From the IMG/VR virus record IMGVR_UViG_3300038525_000015, positions 16,980 to 80,979 of that record: DNA of 64,000 nucleotides; one strand, written 5' to 3'. Under the pieces are notes generated by a model. The model did no database searches and was not told the origin of the DNA. It saw nothing but the letters and a program-made list of their open reading frames with translations. Shown piece by piece: positions 52,870-62,746 of the stretch. The translations under genes were made by a program, and so were the position numbers. The stretch's first letter is position 1, and every line of letters starts with the position of its first letter. Source of the DNA: a virus (Duplodnaviria; Caudoviricetes).

Positions 52870-54266
52870 GCCACCCCCTCGCAGAGCACGGTGATCAGTC
52901 TCGTCTGGTGGTCGAGCATCAGCAGGCGCTGCGATGCGCTGACCGACAGGGTTCGGCAGTCGGGTGCCGGCGACAGGTCGTTGACCTGGTTGAAGCCGAC
53001 CGCCAAGGCCTGTGCCGTGGCTTGGCCGCTGGCAAGCACGACACGCCGCCCGACAGCACTCCCGCCGGCCTGCGCCATGGCGATCTGGGCGCCAAGCAGC
53101 AGATGCGTCGCGCCGGCCTGACCCGATGCCTGAGCAGCTGCACGGCCAGCGTCATGGGTCACCCGGTTGCCGTACTCGACGCCAGCGGCCTGGCCAGTGG
53201 CGCGGTGCTCGCCGGCACCAACCAGGCGCACGCCCATGCCGCTCCCTGCGGCCGCAGCCTGGGCAGGTATGCCGAACGCCCGAGTCTGGATGACAACGCC
53301 CTGCCCTTCGCCCTGCGCAATCGCCGTGCCGTGGCCAGCAGCACCGGCCAGGTAGTGGGCGCGCCCCTGTGCGGTCGCATGGACATTGGCAGGCTCGCCA
53401 GTTACGCCAGTGGCGATAACCAAACCCTGACCGCCGGCCTGAGCCCGAGCATTCACCTTTCCGGCAGCACCCACCATATGCACGGCAGTGGCCATCGCCG
53501 AGGACCCGGCGCGGCCGGTTTGCGACTGGTAGATCTGCAGATGGGTCAGTCGTCCGCTGGCAACGGCATCGGCCGTGCCGAAGCATTCGAACTTCCGCAC
53601 CCCATTCCGGGTGACTGCGGCGTCCGCCCAGCCGGCTGCCGTGGCGTTGGCCTGGCCGAGGCCGCAGGCCTCGTAGTGCAGATTGCCGGAGGCCTGCGCA
53701 TCGGCCCAGGCATGACCCGCACCACCCGCCTCGAGCAGCGGGACACCTTCGCCGACGGCGAGTGCACTGGCGACCCCGTAACCGAGCACGTGGGTGGTGC
53801 CGTAGCCAGTCGCCCGGACCAGCGCGGGCCGCCCATAAGCCAGCTCGTAGATGTAGCCCTCGGCCTCGCCGAACGCGAACGCCTTGGCGGCCGGGGGACG
53901 CAGGCGCACAGTGCGCAGTGGAGCCCCCGCCATACTGCCCGAGGCCTGTGCCTGCCCGTAGCCGCAGAACTCGGCGCGGGATTGGCCGGCTGCCTCAGCA
54001 GCGGCAAGTGACAGGCCAGCCGCCCGATAATTCGCTGCCGGAGCGCCAACGGCGGTCGCAGTGCCCTGGGCCGTGCTTGGGAACACGGCCGCCATGCGCC
54101 TGCCATACCCCCCGGCTTCCCCGCCCGCCTGTGCCTGCCCGGCAACGAATTTGATGACCTCGCACTGGCCGGAGGCCGAGGCCGCCCCGCCGGCGGCGCC
54201 CGCGGCGAACACCAGGCTGGCGACCAGGGCCCCGCCAAGGAGGGTGCGTCCGATGTGCACCGTCAT
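52866..54266 (-). CDS. Ala/Gly-rich repetitive virion protein, 466 aa
   Basis: Repeated 'G.A.A.A.G' units. Confidence 0.7.
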   Translation of the reverse strand: MTVHIGRTLLGGALVASLVFAAGAAGGAASASGQCEVIKFVAGQAQAGGEAGGYGRRMAAVFPSTAQGTATAVGAPAANYRAAGLSLAAAEAAGQSRAEFCGYGQAQASGSMAGAPLRTVRLRPPAAKAFAFGEAEGYIYELAYGRPALVRATGYGTTHVLGYGVASALAVGEGVPLLEAGGAGHAWADAQASGNLHYEACGLGQANATAAGWADAAVTRNGVRKFECFGTADAVASGRLTHLQIYQSQTGRAGSSAMATAVHMVGAAGKVNARAQAGGQGLVIATGVTGEPANVHATAQGRAHYLAGAAGHGTAIAQGEGQGVVIQTRAFGIPAQAAAAGSGMGVRLVGAGEHRATGQAAGVEYGNRVTHDAGRAAAQASGQAGATHLLLGAQIAMAQAGGSAVGRRVVLASGQATAQALAVGFNQVNDLSPAPDCRTLSVSASQRLLMLDHQTRLITVLCEGVA

Positions 54267-54270
54267 GGCG

Positions 54271-54675
54271 TCAGCTCAGGGTGATGATCAGCGAGCCGAC
54301 CGGGAAGCTGAGCACGTCGGTGGGGTCGAGGGTTTTCGGGTTCTGCATCGGCGCGTGGTACAGCAGGTTGCCCGCCGTCTGCGCATCGAAGATGCCCCAG
54401 TGGGTGATGGTCTTCTGCGCGTCAACGATCGCAGGGAACACCAGGTTGCGCGCGTTGGAGCTGGATCCATTGGATGGCACGGTGAAGCCGTCGGAGGGAA
54501 TGGTCGCATGGGCGCGCTGGCGGACATAGGCGCTGTCGTCCAGCTCCGCACCGGTGCCGGCATCGGTCGGGTCGGAGGTGAACAGGGCGACATAGACGCC
54601 GCCGCCGGTATAGGCCGCGCCGCGCAGGGTGGCGTTGATCAGGGTGTTTTCGAGGTAATCGCTGAATGCGGACAT
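54271..54675 (-). CDS. Virion structural protein, 134 aa
   Basis: 'SDYLEN.LIN', 'YVALFTSDPTDAG', 'ITHWGIFDA.T.GNLL'. Confidence 0.8.
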   Translation of the reverse strand: MSAFSDYLENTLINATLRGAAYTGGGVYVALFTSDPTDAGTGAELDDSAYVRQRAHATIPSDGFTVPSNGSSSNARNLVFPAIVDAQKTITHWGIFDAQTAGNLLYHAPMQNPKTLDPTDVLSFPVGSLIITLS

Positions 54676-54719
54676 CGTCGGCCCTCCCGGGCTGGACTGT
54701 GGGGTATGGAATCAGGGCT

Positions 54720-55283
54720 TCAGGTAAAGCGCGGGTGCACTCGGTAGGTGCCGGCCTGGTAGCCCTCGCGGGCCAGTTGCCTGGCATCGCTCTGCGCAGC
54801 CAGGAACTGACGGCGGTAGAGCTCGGCTAGCTGTGGGTTCTGCCAGGGCTGCGGTAGCAGCAGCAGGCGGTAGCGGGCACCATCCATGAGCGCCCCGCTC
54901 CAGCGCGCCAGCAGCTCGGCCGGCATGTCCTGGCCGTGGGCCGGGCGGCAGGCCATCGAGCCCAGCAACGTAATGCTGTCCGGCCGGCCCCGCAGGAACT
55001 CGACGCCGTTGCTGCCGGTTTGCAGGTAGTCGTAGCCGGGCTTCAACGTCTGGCCGCTGGGGAGACGCAAGTCGATCAGGCGCAGGGCTTCGGCGCCGGA
55101 GGGCACTTCCACCTCGGCATAGGGAGTGTTCGCTCCCACCACCACCGGGCCATCGTTGAAGATCCACGCGTTTCCTTCGGTGCACAATTCGCGCTGCGCC
55201 CAGCGGAGCATGTCGCGGATCAGGGGGCGTGGGCAGCCTGGCACTTCCAGCACCAGGGCATCCACCATGTCGTCGAGCCTCAT
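54720..55283 (-). CDS. Head-tail adaptor-like protein, 187 aa
   Basis: 'EVPGCP', 'ELCTEGNAW', 'QPWQNPQLA'. Confidence 0.7.
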   Translation of the reverse strand: MRLDDMVDALVLEVPGCPRPLIRDMLRWAQRELCTEGNAWIFNDGPVVVGANTPYAEVEVPSGAEALRLIDLRLPSGQTLKPGYDYLQTGSNGVEFLRGRPDSITLLGSMACRPAHGQDMPAELLARWSGALMDGARYRLLLLPQPWQNPQLAELYRRQFLAAQSDARQLAREGYQAGTYRVHPRFT

Positions 55284-55936
55284 GCGGAACCGTCTCCGGC
55301 CGGACTACTACCGGCATCAGCCTGGATCTTGAGACCCAGCGCCGCCTGGGCGGCCTGCGCGTGCAGGCTCGCCCGTGCCAGATTGGCTTGCGACTCGGCG
55401 TCCTTGGCGAAAGCTCGGGCCAGCACCAGATCAAGCACTATGGGCGTATAGGCGTCAGGCAGGCGCAGAGGGTCGTTGGAGTTGGGCGATGCCTCGGCTT
55501 CAGCATGCCGCTCAGGGAGTTGTGCGACGATGAGGTTCAGCCGGACGCCAACTTTCGCCGGCGGGTACACCCAGAAGCTGCGCGGATTCAGGTCCTCGAA
55601 CATCCAGTGTTCAATCGCATCGGTCTGCGGCTCGGCCTGCCAGCGCCTGCAAACAGCGTCCATCGTGCCCCGCGCCACGCGGGTAACTCCAAGACCAGAC
55701 ACTGTGCCGATGACGTCGATCAGTTGCTCGGCACCATCAGGGATGGCCTGCTGCGCGCCAGCCTGGCATGCCATCTCCACGGTCGTCGCGAAGGCGCTCG
55801 GCCGAATACTCAGCAGCGCGGCATAGGCCTCATTGAGCCAGTCCAGCAGCTCCTTGTTACTCCAGCGCGTGCCGTCCTGGCTGCGCTCCTGTAGCACCGT
55901 CCGTGCACGTCGCAGGATCTCCCCGACGGTTGCCAT
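55280..55936 (-). CDS. Head-tail adaptor/tail tubular A-like protein
   Basis: 'RW...ELLDWLNEA', 'RSFWVYPP', 'RAFAKDAE'. Confidence 0.75.
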   Translation of the reverse strand: MATVGEILRRARTVLQERSQDGTRWSNKELLDWLNEAYAALLSIRPSAFATTVEMACQAGAQQAIPDGAEQLIDVIGTVSGLGVTRVARGTMDAVCRRWQAEPQTDAIEHWMFEDLNPRSFWVYPPAKVGVRLNLIVAQLPERHAEAEASPNSNDPLRLPDAYTPIVLDLVLARAFAKDAESQANLARASLHAQAAQAALGLKIQADAGSSPAGDGSA

Positions 55937-55939
55937 GGC

Positions 55940-56353
55940 TCACAACTCCTTCATGTGCGGCAGCGCGGCGAGCTCCGGCGACCAGGCGAACTGGCGCTTG
56001 TTCTCGGTGTTCAGCAGCATGCGCTGAGCTTTGGCCGGCTCGGGCTCCTCCGCCTCGTCCTCCTCAAGCGAGGGCAGCGACACGGCAGCCTGACCGGCCT
56101 CTGACGCCTGCTCCGTGATCTGGCCAGCCGCAGAGGGGGCGGTGTTGGGCGCGAGCTCGGTGTTGCCACCCTGTTCACCAGTACCAGCACCGGCCTCGGA
56201 CTCAGCACCCAGCCCCTTCAGCACTTCGGCGCGCAGGGTCTCCAACGCCTTGCGTTTGTCCAGATCGATGCCCAGGTACTCCTTCACCAGCGATTCCAAC
56301 GCATCCTTGGTGGCGGCAGCCTTCACCGCCGTGATCAGTTCGTTCAGTCCCAT
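55940..56353 (-). CDS. Head accessory protein, 137 aa
   Basis: GGAG RBS; 'LGIDLDKRKALETLR'; follows capsid. Confidence 0.7.
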   Translation of the reverse strand: MGLNELITAVKAAATKDALESLVKEYLGIDLDKRKALETLRAEVLKGLGAESEAGAGTGEQGGNTELAPNTAPSAAGQITEQASEAGQAAVSLPSLEEDEAEEPEPAKAQRMLLNTENKRQFAWSPELAALPHMKEL

Positions 56354-56409
56354 GGTTGTCTCCCGACAAGGAACGCCGCCCCGAAGGGCGGCAGGAATGG
56401 CGCTACCGC

Positions 56410-57333
56410 TTAACCCTTCTTCGCCACCAGATGGCCCATGGCCTTCGGGTCGATGACCTTGTAGCCATAAACGTTCAGGCCGCGAATGAGGTTGCCGAAC
56501 TTGGTCGGGTTCTTGAGGGTTTCCAGCTTGGTCAGCTGGCTGGCGAAGGTCAGCGACTTCTTGTGGCCGAACACGATGTTGGTGTTGCCGCCCACCACCG
56601 ACATGTTGTTGCTGACGTAGGTGGTGAAGTTGTCGAGCACACCGATCTTGCCGTTGCGGATGACACTGGTGTCGTCGCCGGTGATACCCGCGTCGCGCAG
56701 ATCCGACTTCTTCAGCAGGTTCTTCACCCAGGCCGGGATCACCAGCCAGCGGCCGTCCTCGGGCACGTTCTGCTCGTCCAGCACCGAGCCGATGTCGGCG
56801 ATGTAGTCGAGCACGTTGTCCTTGGTCAGCGTCACCGGCGCGGCGGCGGTGCCCAGGTCGTAGGCGGACGACTTGGCACCGGCGGTAGCCCCGGCGTTCT
56901 CGGCGCCGGCATCGGCGTAGATGGTGGCCAGCACCGAGGTGTCGATGCTGATCTTCATTTGCTGGCCGCCGTCTTCGGACCAGCTGTCCATCAGCTTGAT
57001 GTCCGACTGGTAGGACGCCACGTCGTCGCACTCGAAGGCAAAGTACTTGCCCTTGTCGATGCGCAGCTCAACGGGCGGCGATTCCGGCTGTTCGTAGGTC
57101 AGCGTCGCGCCCATCTTGTGGTCACGAATGGTCAGGGACGGCGTGGTGCGGATGATCACCGTGTCGCCCTGGTTCTTGATCTCGCCCTCGTAGTCGGTGT
57201 TGGCGATCTCAGCGAAGCAGGTACGGGCGTACAGCTTCTCGATCAGCTTGCCCGACCAGATCTGCGGGATGAAACGGCTGGTGCCGTTGGAGCCGTAATC
57301 GGCCTGGCCGGTTTCGACTGGATAAACTGCCAT
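56410..57333 (-). CDS. Major capsid protein, 307 aa
   Basis: 'FIPQIWSGKL', 'NTDYEGEI...GDTV.I', 'GLNVYGYKV'. Confidence 0.92.
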   Translation of the reverse strand: MAVYPVETGQADYGSNGTSRFIPQIWSGKLIEKLYARTCFAEIANTDYEGEIKNQGDTVIIRTTPSLTIRDHKMGATLTYEQPESPPVELRIDKGKYFAFECDDVASYQSDIKLMDSWSEDGGQQMKISIDTSVLATIYADAGAENAGATAGAKSSAYDLGTAAAPVTLTKDNVLDYIADIGSVLDEQNVPEDGRWLVIPAWVKNLLKKSDLRDAGITGDDTSVIRNGKIGVLDNFTTYVSNNMSVVGGNTNIVFGHKKSLTFASQLTKLETLKNPTKFGNLIRGLNVYGYKVIDPKAMGHLVAKKG

Positions 57334-57374
57334 GATGAATCTCCTAACGCCTCACGGCGTGGGGTTGGGCGGTC

Positions 57375-58328
57375 TCAGCGGACGCGCCCGGATGCGGTGG
57401 CGGCGAAGATGTCGGCCTCAATGCGCTCTGCCTCTTCCCGTGAGTACTTGCCGCGCGCCTTGTCCTGGTAGAACGCGGAGATTTCCGCGCCCGTCCAGAT
57501 CTTGCCGGCGGCGGGTGCTTCGGTGCTGCGGGTCTGCTTCGGCTGAATCGCCTCGGCAGGGACTTCACGTTTCGGGGCCGGCGCTGCGCCGGTTTCTTGG
57601 TGGTAGGCGTTGAAAATCGCGATCACCCGTTCCGCGCTCAGCGCCTGCTGGGCCTGCACCAGCGCCTGCTGACGCTGCAGCCCACTGAGCGGGTCGAATT
57701 TGGCCAGCCAGGCATGGAATGCCGGGTCGGCGTTGATCGCCTCCAGACGCGGGATGCCGGCATGCAGGGCGGCCCAGAATCGAGCCTCGGCGTCCTGGCG
57801 GCTTTCCTCCTGACGCTGCTGCTCGGCCTGCTCAAGGCGCTCCAGTTTCTGCACCAGCTCGGGATCAGGCTGCTGAGCCTGGCCGATGCGGCGCTGAATC
57901 AGGGTCTCCACCATGGCCAGCATTTCCGGGCCGAACTCCGACAGCTGCTCGTCACTGAGCTGGCTGATAGTGTCCAGCGCGTCGCGCGCACTCGGAGCGG
58001 CCGCCGCGGGGGCTGCCTTGGCGTTGGCCAACTCGGCCTCCAGCTCGCGCACCTTGGCGGTCAGCGCCGGCACCTCGGCGTTGTACTTGCCCTGCAGGGT
58101 CTGGAAACGGTGACGCCAGTAGGCGGCATCCTCATCCTGCTTGGGCGGCACAGCCGGTTCGGTAGCGGGTTGCTGCTCGCCATCCGGCTTGGCCGGCTCG
58201 GGCACCTTTTCCGGCTCCGGCAGAGCCGCCGGATCAGCCTCGGAGGGCTGCTTGGCGGGATTCTCCAGGCTCTGGAAGTGCTGGTTGGCTTGCTCGATCT
58301 GCTTGCGCAGCTGTTCGGGTAATTGCAC
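57375..58328 (-). CDS. Capsid scaffolding protein, 317 aa
   Basis: AGGAG RBS, GTG start; 'W.HRFQTLQGKYNAEVP', terminal 'I..A...GRV'. Confidence 0.8.
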   Translation of the reverse strand: MQLPEQLRKQIEQANQHFQSLENPAKQPSEADPAALPEPEKVPEPAKPDGEQQPATEPAVPPKQDEDAAYWRHRFQTLQGKYNAEVPALTAKVRELEAELANAKAAPAAAAPSARDALDTISQLSDEQLSEFGPEMLAMVETLIQRRIGQAQQPDPELVQKLERLEQAEQQRQEESRQDAEARFWAALHAGIPRLEAINADPAFHAWLAKFDPLSGLQRQQALVQAQQALSAERVIAIFNAYHQETGAAPAPKREVPAEAIQPKQTRSTEAPAAGKIWTGAEISAFYQDKARGKYSREEAERIEADIFAATASGRVR

Positions 58329-58473
58329 GTTGTTCTCCTGACGTCTCTCGACGTTATTGCGTGAGCCGGATGCCCGGGATTCACCATGGTTGCGGGAGGA
58401 TTCGCCGGCCTGGCCAAGGCCCGGCGAGCACCCACAGGAAAACCGCTCGTGCGGAGCGGCTTTGCTGTGCGCC

Positions 58474-58692
58474 CTACCGTTTGACTGCTGCAGCGAACAG
58501 CTCCAGCAGCTCATTCAGCATCTGCGCCCGCCCCTGCAGTTGCCGGAGCAGGCGGTCATCAGCGCAGGAAACCAGGCTGGCCTTGTGGGTGGCCAGCTCC
58601 TGCTCCAGCAGGCCCCGGAACTCCTGCCAATCGGGGGTCGCTTCCCGCTCCAGGCGCGCCAAAGCCTGGAGCTGCCGGTCGTTGCACCGCAT
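58474..58692 (-). CDS. Hypothetical protein, 72 aa
   Basis: 'LRQLQGRAQ.L.EL' motif, between portal and scaffold. Confidence 0.75.
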   Translation of the reverse strand: MRCNDRQLQALARLEREATPDWQEFRGLLEQELATHKASLVSCADDRLLRQLQGRAQMLNELLELFAAAVKR

Positions 58693-60769
58693 TCATGCCT
58701 CCGATGAGGGTCATCAGGCGCTCCACCTGGAGCATCAGCAGGGCGGTCTCCGCCCGGGTTTTCTCGGTGTCGGCCTGGGCGTCCTGCGCCTTGGCCTGCT
58801 TCAGCGCGGCCTCGATCTCGGCCATCTGCTGCTGGATCTGCTGGGTCTGGGCATTGGCCGCGTTCTGCTGCTCCAGTTGCTGCCTGACCTGCTCGTCGTC
58901 CGGCACCAAGTCGGGCATATCCAGTCGATCGAACACGGAGCGCAACAACGCCGCGACCTTCTCCGGCCCCAGGATCTGCTGCACCAGCGGACTGTTGAGC
59001 GCCAGCTGCAGGGCTTCCTGGCGCAGCACCTGGGTGCGCTCGCGGTTGAGCATGGCGTTGGAGCCTCGCGCCACCGCGCGGCAGTCGCCCTTGATGGTGC
59101 TGTCGTCGCTGTAGCGCATGTTGAAGAGCCACATGGCTTCAATCACCCGGCGCAGCACGCCGCGATCCACATGGCGGATGGCATCGCGAATGCCCTTGTT
59201 GGCCGACTCCATCAGCATCGACAGACCGCTGGCCGTGTTGCCGGCGCCACCGACGCGCTCGTTGCCATACAGGTAGCGCGGCACGTTGGTGGCGTCGTCG
59301 GCCTTCTGCTCGAACTTCTCGTACAGGGCCATCAGCTCGGCGATGTTCGAGCTGGGCTGGAAGAAGCGAATGGCTGGGTCGTTGTTGCTCACCATCGAGG
59401 ACTTGGTACGCCAGACCTTCCAGGGGAACGGCCGACCATCCTCCTCCGGTTGCAGGCGATCCCAGTTCACTTCGATCTGTGGGCCACTCGCCACCGCCAT
59501 GTTGTTGATCATGGCGCGCGCCGCGGCGTTGCAGGTGTCCTGGATGTCAGCCATCAGCTCTGGGATCGACTGTCCCCAGAACGAGCCCGGCACCGGCTGG
59601 AAGCTGGCCTTGTGGTATGGCCGGCGGCCCAGCGGATCTCGATTGATCACAGCGCGAATCACATGGCGGCCGACCAGAATGGCCTCCACCTCATACTCGC
59701 CAAGTGGATCCTCCACCGCCTCGGCCGGCATGCCCCACTGCAACAGCGAAACGCCTTGGGCGCTGCCGTGATACAGCAAACCGTCGATGGTTTCCGCTGG
59801 CGACAGCAGCGCATCCCGGCGCCCTTCCAGCGAGGCGCGTTCACCGTCGGTCCACAGCCAGTCGCGCAGGCCGCCCTGGCCGTAGTCGCGCAGCACCGCC
59901 TCCAGGGCCGCGTCGGAGTAGCCCGGCACGCCGCCACGCAACTGGTTGAGCTGCGCCCGGGTGTAGCGCACGCGCTCCAGCAGGTAGGCGCCATCGTCGA
60001 TGGTCACCGCATCGGGCGAGGGGTACAGGTCGAACGGCGCCACGCGCTCAAACTCCGGCCGTACCTCCTGGGTTTCGACCAGGTTCCATCCCTCGGTCCA
60101 CTTGAACGACGGCACGCGGCGCAGGACCGGCGCCCGAAGGACTGCCGCCGGAAAGGTCACGAAGTCGTCGAGGAACGACTCGAAGGCCTCATCCCAGCCA
60201 CCCTCGGCCAGTTGGTCAGCGATCACCTCTTCCATGGCATCCGCTGCAGTCCGGGCGCGCTTTTGCACCTCGCGCAGGATGATTTCCTTGATCCGCTCGC
60301 GGCTGGGCATTTCGACCTGGCCGCCCTGCCCGGCCGCCTGCTGCAGCTGTGCCTGCAGGCGCTGGCCGAAGGCCTGGATGTACTCCAGCGGCACGTCCGG
60401 CAGCGGTGTCGGGTCGAGACCCCAGGGCCGCTCATTGGTCGGCATGAGGATCTCGCGCAGCCAGGCAGCCGCCGCTCGGCACTTGGTGGCGGTCAGCATC
60501 ATGTAGATGGCCGACCCACCCTGCTCGGCTATGGCCGCAAGCTTCTCCGCGTCGTACTCGCCCTTGCGCCGGCGCAGGCAGTCCAGCATGCGCTGCTCAA
60601 CAGGCTGCTTCGCCTGCTTGGCCGACTCCCAGCACCGGCGAATGTGCGCAGCCAGCGAGGACTCGAACACACGCTTGCGGGCGTCCTCCTGCAGGCGCAG
60701 CTCTTCCGCCTGCTGCTCGGCCACCAGCTCACCGGCAGACTTGAACGAGAACAGCCCCAAGTCAGCCAT
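58559..60769 (-). CDS. Portal protein, 736 aa
   Basis: Follows TerL; 'MLTATKCRAAAAWL', 'SFWGQSIPELM.D.Q', 'TASGLSMLM'. Confidence 0.9.
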   Translation of the reverse strand: MADLGLFSFKSAGELVAEQQAEELRLQEDARKRVFESSLAAHIRRCWESAKQAKQPVEQRMLDCLRRRKGEYDAEKLAAIAEQGGSAIYMMLTATKCRAAAAWLREILMPTNERPWGLDPTPLPDVPLEYIQAFGQRLQAQLQQAAGQGGQVEMPSRERIKEIILREVQKRARTAADAMEEVIADQLAEGGWDEAFESFLDDFVTFPAAVLRAPVLRRVPSFKWTEGWNLVETQEVRPEFERVAPFDLYPSPDAVTIDDGAYLLERVRYTRAQLNQLRGGVPGYSDAALEAVLRDYGQGGLRDWLWTDGERASLEGRRDALLSPAETIDGLLYHGSAQGVSLLQWGMPAEAVEDPLGEYEVEAILVGRHVIRAVINRDPLGRRPYHKASFQPVPGSFWGQSIPELMADIQDTCNAAARAMINNMAVASGPQIEVNWDRLQPEEDGRPFPWKVWRTKSSMVSNNDPAIRFFQPSSNIAELMALYEKFEQKADDATNVPRYLYGNERVGGAGNTASGLSMLMESANKGIRDAIRHVDRGVLRRVIEAMWLFNMRYSDDSTIKGDCRAVARGSNAMLNRERTQVLRQEALQLALNSPLVQQILGPEKVAALLRSVFDRLDMPDLVPDDEQVRQQLEQQNAANAQTQQIQQQMAEIEAALKQAKAQDAQADTEKTRAETALLMLQVERLMTLIGGMNAVQRPAAPGFGAPGAGSDPRLAGVPGPAGAGAGHPQGQPGFLR

Positions 60770-61100
60770 GCATCACCGCCATTACAGACGTCAGGGTTTC
60801 AGTGCGGGCACGCTGAGCGCGGTACCGCAGTGCGTTGAGCTGGGTGAACTGCTCGGCCAGGCAGCGCGCCGGATCTGCGGCAAATTCGTCCAGGCGAACG
60901 TGCAGGGTCACGCCGAACTCCTCAGCGATGTCGAAGGTGAAGCGCATGCCGGGGAATTCCCGGGCGCCTTCGGTGATCCTCACCGGGTCGATCTGCACAG
61001 GCCCAACGTCCGACCGATTGCGCTGGGTGGGCACTGCGATACGACCCAGTTGGCCAGCAATGAACGCCGCCGCCTGCCGGGCTTCCAGCTCGATTCTCAT
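60762..61100 (-). CDS. Hypothetical protein, 112 aa
   Basis: ATGA overlap with terL stop; GGGAG RBS. Confidence 0.7.
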   Translation of the reverse strand: MRIELEARQAAAFIAGQLGRIAVPTQRNRSDVGPVQIDPVRITEGAREFPGMRFTFDIAEEFGVTLHVRLDEFAADPARCLAEQFTQLNALRYRAQRARTETLTSVMAVMHG

Positions 61101-62746
61101 GTGAACGCTCCCCAGCCGGCTTGTCGCCCGCCGGTGTGTACTGTCGACGCACTGCCGGTCGCTACCGGCCCGCGCGCCATGACGGAAAAGATGTTGGCCC
61201 TGGCCAGGGTTTCGAAGGCCTTGGCGCCGTGGGATGCCCAGTCGTGCCGGGGCGTGCTCTTGTAGACGCCCATCTTGTCGTCCCACTCCTTGCGGTAGTT
61301 GTCGAGGCAGTCCACCAGGCGATCGACACCGGTGCGCTGCTCCGCTTCCTGATCCGCCTCGGCGAACCAGCAGCTCGGCAGAAACTGGCGCACCGCCTGA
61401 ATGCCCTCGGCATGGCTGGAAATACGCGGCACGATCTCGAAACGGATGCCGTACTTGGCCGCAGTCTCCAGCCGGGAGACGCCGGTACCGATCTCGCGTA
61501 CAGCCAAGTCGTGCGGGCCGTAATGGCCGCCGTAGACATAGCCCTTCTTGTGCAGCTCGCCGGCGTAGTACTCGATCCCTTCGCCGCTGCCTTCCATGTA
61601 GTCGATCAGATGGACCTCTCGGCCGGCGACCTGGGCAAACACGATGGACATCGAGTCGCTCATACCCAGATCCCAGGCGGTGATCACCGGCAGCGACGGG
61701 TTGTAGGCCACCTTCCTGGTGATCCGCCCGTTCTTGCGCAGCCAGCGCATCTGCTGCATGTAGTAGGCGCCCTCGACGCTCTGGGCGAAGGCTTCATCCG
61801 GCGTCGACGGGTACTCCCGCTTCATGTCGTCCTTGAGCACTTCCGCCTTCTTGGCGTACCAGGCGCGCTGGCCCTGGTCGAGCTTGATGCCGTGCTTGGC
61901 CTCCAGCTCGGCGAAGTACTCGAACAGCCAGCTGGGGATGTCGACGCCCTTGGCGTCCAGCCGGTAGGCCGGGTCCTGAAACCAGGGGAAGAAGTGGAAA
62001 CGGAAATCCAGCTCCGTGACGGTCTTGCCGGCATCCCGCAGCCGCTGCGCGGTCTGGGAGTACTCGAAGAAATAGCCTTCGCGTCCCTCAGCGGTGCTTT
62101 CAAGGGTGATCCGGTTGCCCAGTCCTACCGCTTCGAAGGCACCGGTGACGATCTCCTGGGCCTTGTCCGGGTACTTCCGGCAGATCTTCCCGAACTCGGA
62201 CACATGCAGGCGCTGCAGCGTGCCGCCCCGGTAGCTGGTCGATACCTTGATGCTCGACCCGTTGTCGAACACGTAGCCCTGGTCCTTGTCGGACAGCGGC
62301 TTGGGGAGGCGCAGACCGATCAAGGCGAAGATCGCCATCCAGGCGGCGTCCTGCGCCAGCTGCTGGAAGGCGAACTTGATCTTGTTCCGGAAGATGTCCT
62401 TCGCATCGTCGAGGGTATGCGCGATGCAACCGGCCGAGAAGTTCTTGCCGAAGAGGCAGTCGTCCAGCGCGTCAATCATCTCGAAGGTGGTGAATCCCAA
62501 CTGCCGGGCCTTAAGGATCAGATCGCGGCAGTGCTGCTCGATGAAGCGCGCCCGCTGGGCGGCATTGGGCTTGAAGCGCCGGACCCGCCCGCTTTTGTCC
62601 TTGATCTTGTAGAGCGTGTTCAGCCGGTACCACTTGTTGGCCAGCGCCCTGATCAGATCCTCGCGTGTGGTGAGCTTCCCTTCCCGGTGCAGGCCCAGCA
62701 GATGCTCACCCTGGAAGACGATTGCCGCGTATTCAATCGTCATCAC
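61097..62746 (-). CDS. terL: Terminase large subunit
   Basis: 'ILKARQLGFTT', 'LHVSEFG', 'ESTAEG', 'WDLGMSD', 'HDWASHGA'. Confidence 0.95.
   Translation of the reverse strand: MMTIEYAAIVFQGEHLLGLHREGKLTTREDLIRALANKWYRLNTLYKIKDKSGRVRRFKPNAAQRARFIEQHCRDLILKARQLGFTTFEMIDALDDCLFGKNFSAGCIAHTLDDAKDIFRNKIKFAFQQLAQDAAWMAIFALIGLRLPKPLSDKDQGYVFDNGSSIKVSTSYRGGTLQRLHVSEFGKICRKYPDKAQEIVTGAFEAVGLGNRITLESTAEGREGYFFEYSQTAQRLRDAGKTVTELDFRFHFFPWFQDPAYRLDAKGVDIPSWLFEYFAELEAKHGIKLDQGQRAWYAKKAEVLKDDMKREYPSTPDEAFAQSVEGAYYMQQMRWLRKNGRITRKVAYNPSLPVITAWDLGMSDSMSIVFAQVAGREVHLIDYMEGSGEGIEYYAGELHKKGYVYGGHYGPHDLAVREIGTGVSRLETAAKYGIRFEIVPRISSHAEGIQAVRQFLPSCWFAEADQEAEQRTGVDRLVDCLDNYRKEWDDKMGVYKSTPRHDWASHGAKAFETLARANIFSVMARGPVATGSASTVHTGGRQAGWGAFT

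Noticed and set aside
52866-54266. Ala/Gly-rich gene as tape measure protein
   Set aside because: Short beta-type repeats, located among head-tail adaptor genes, with no tail tube or chaperone frameshift pair nearby
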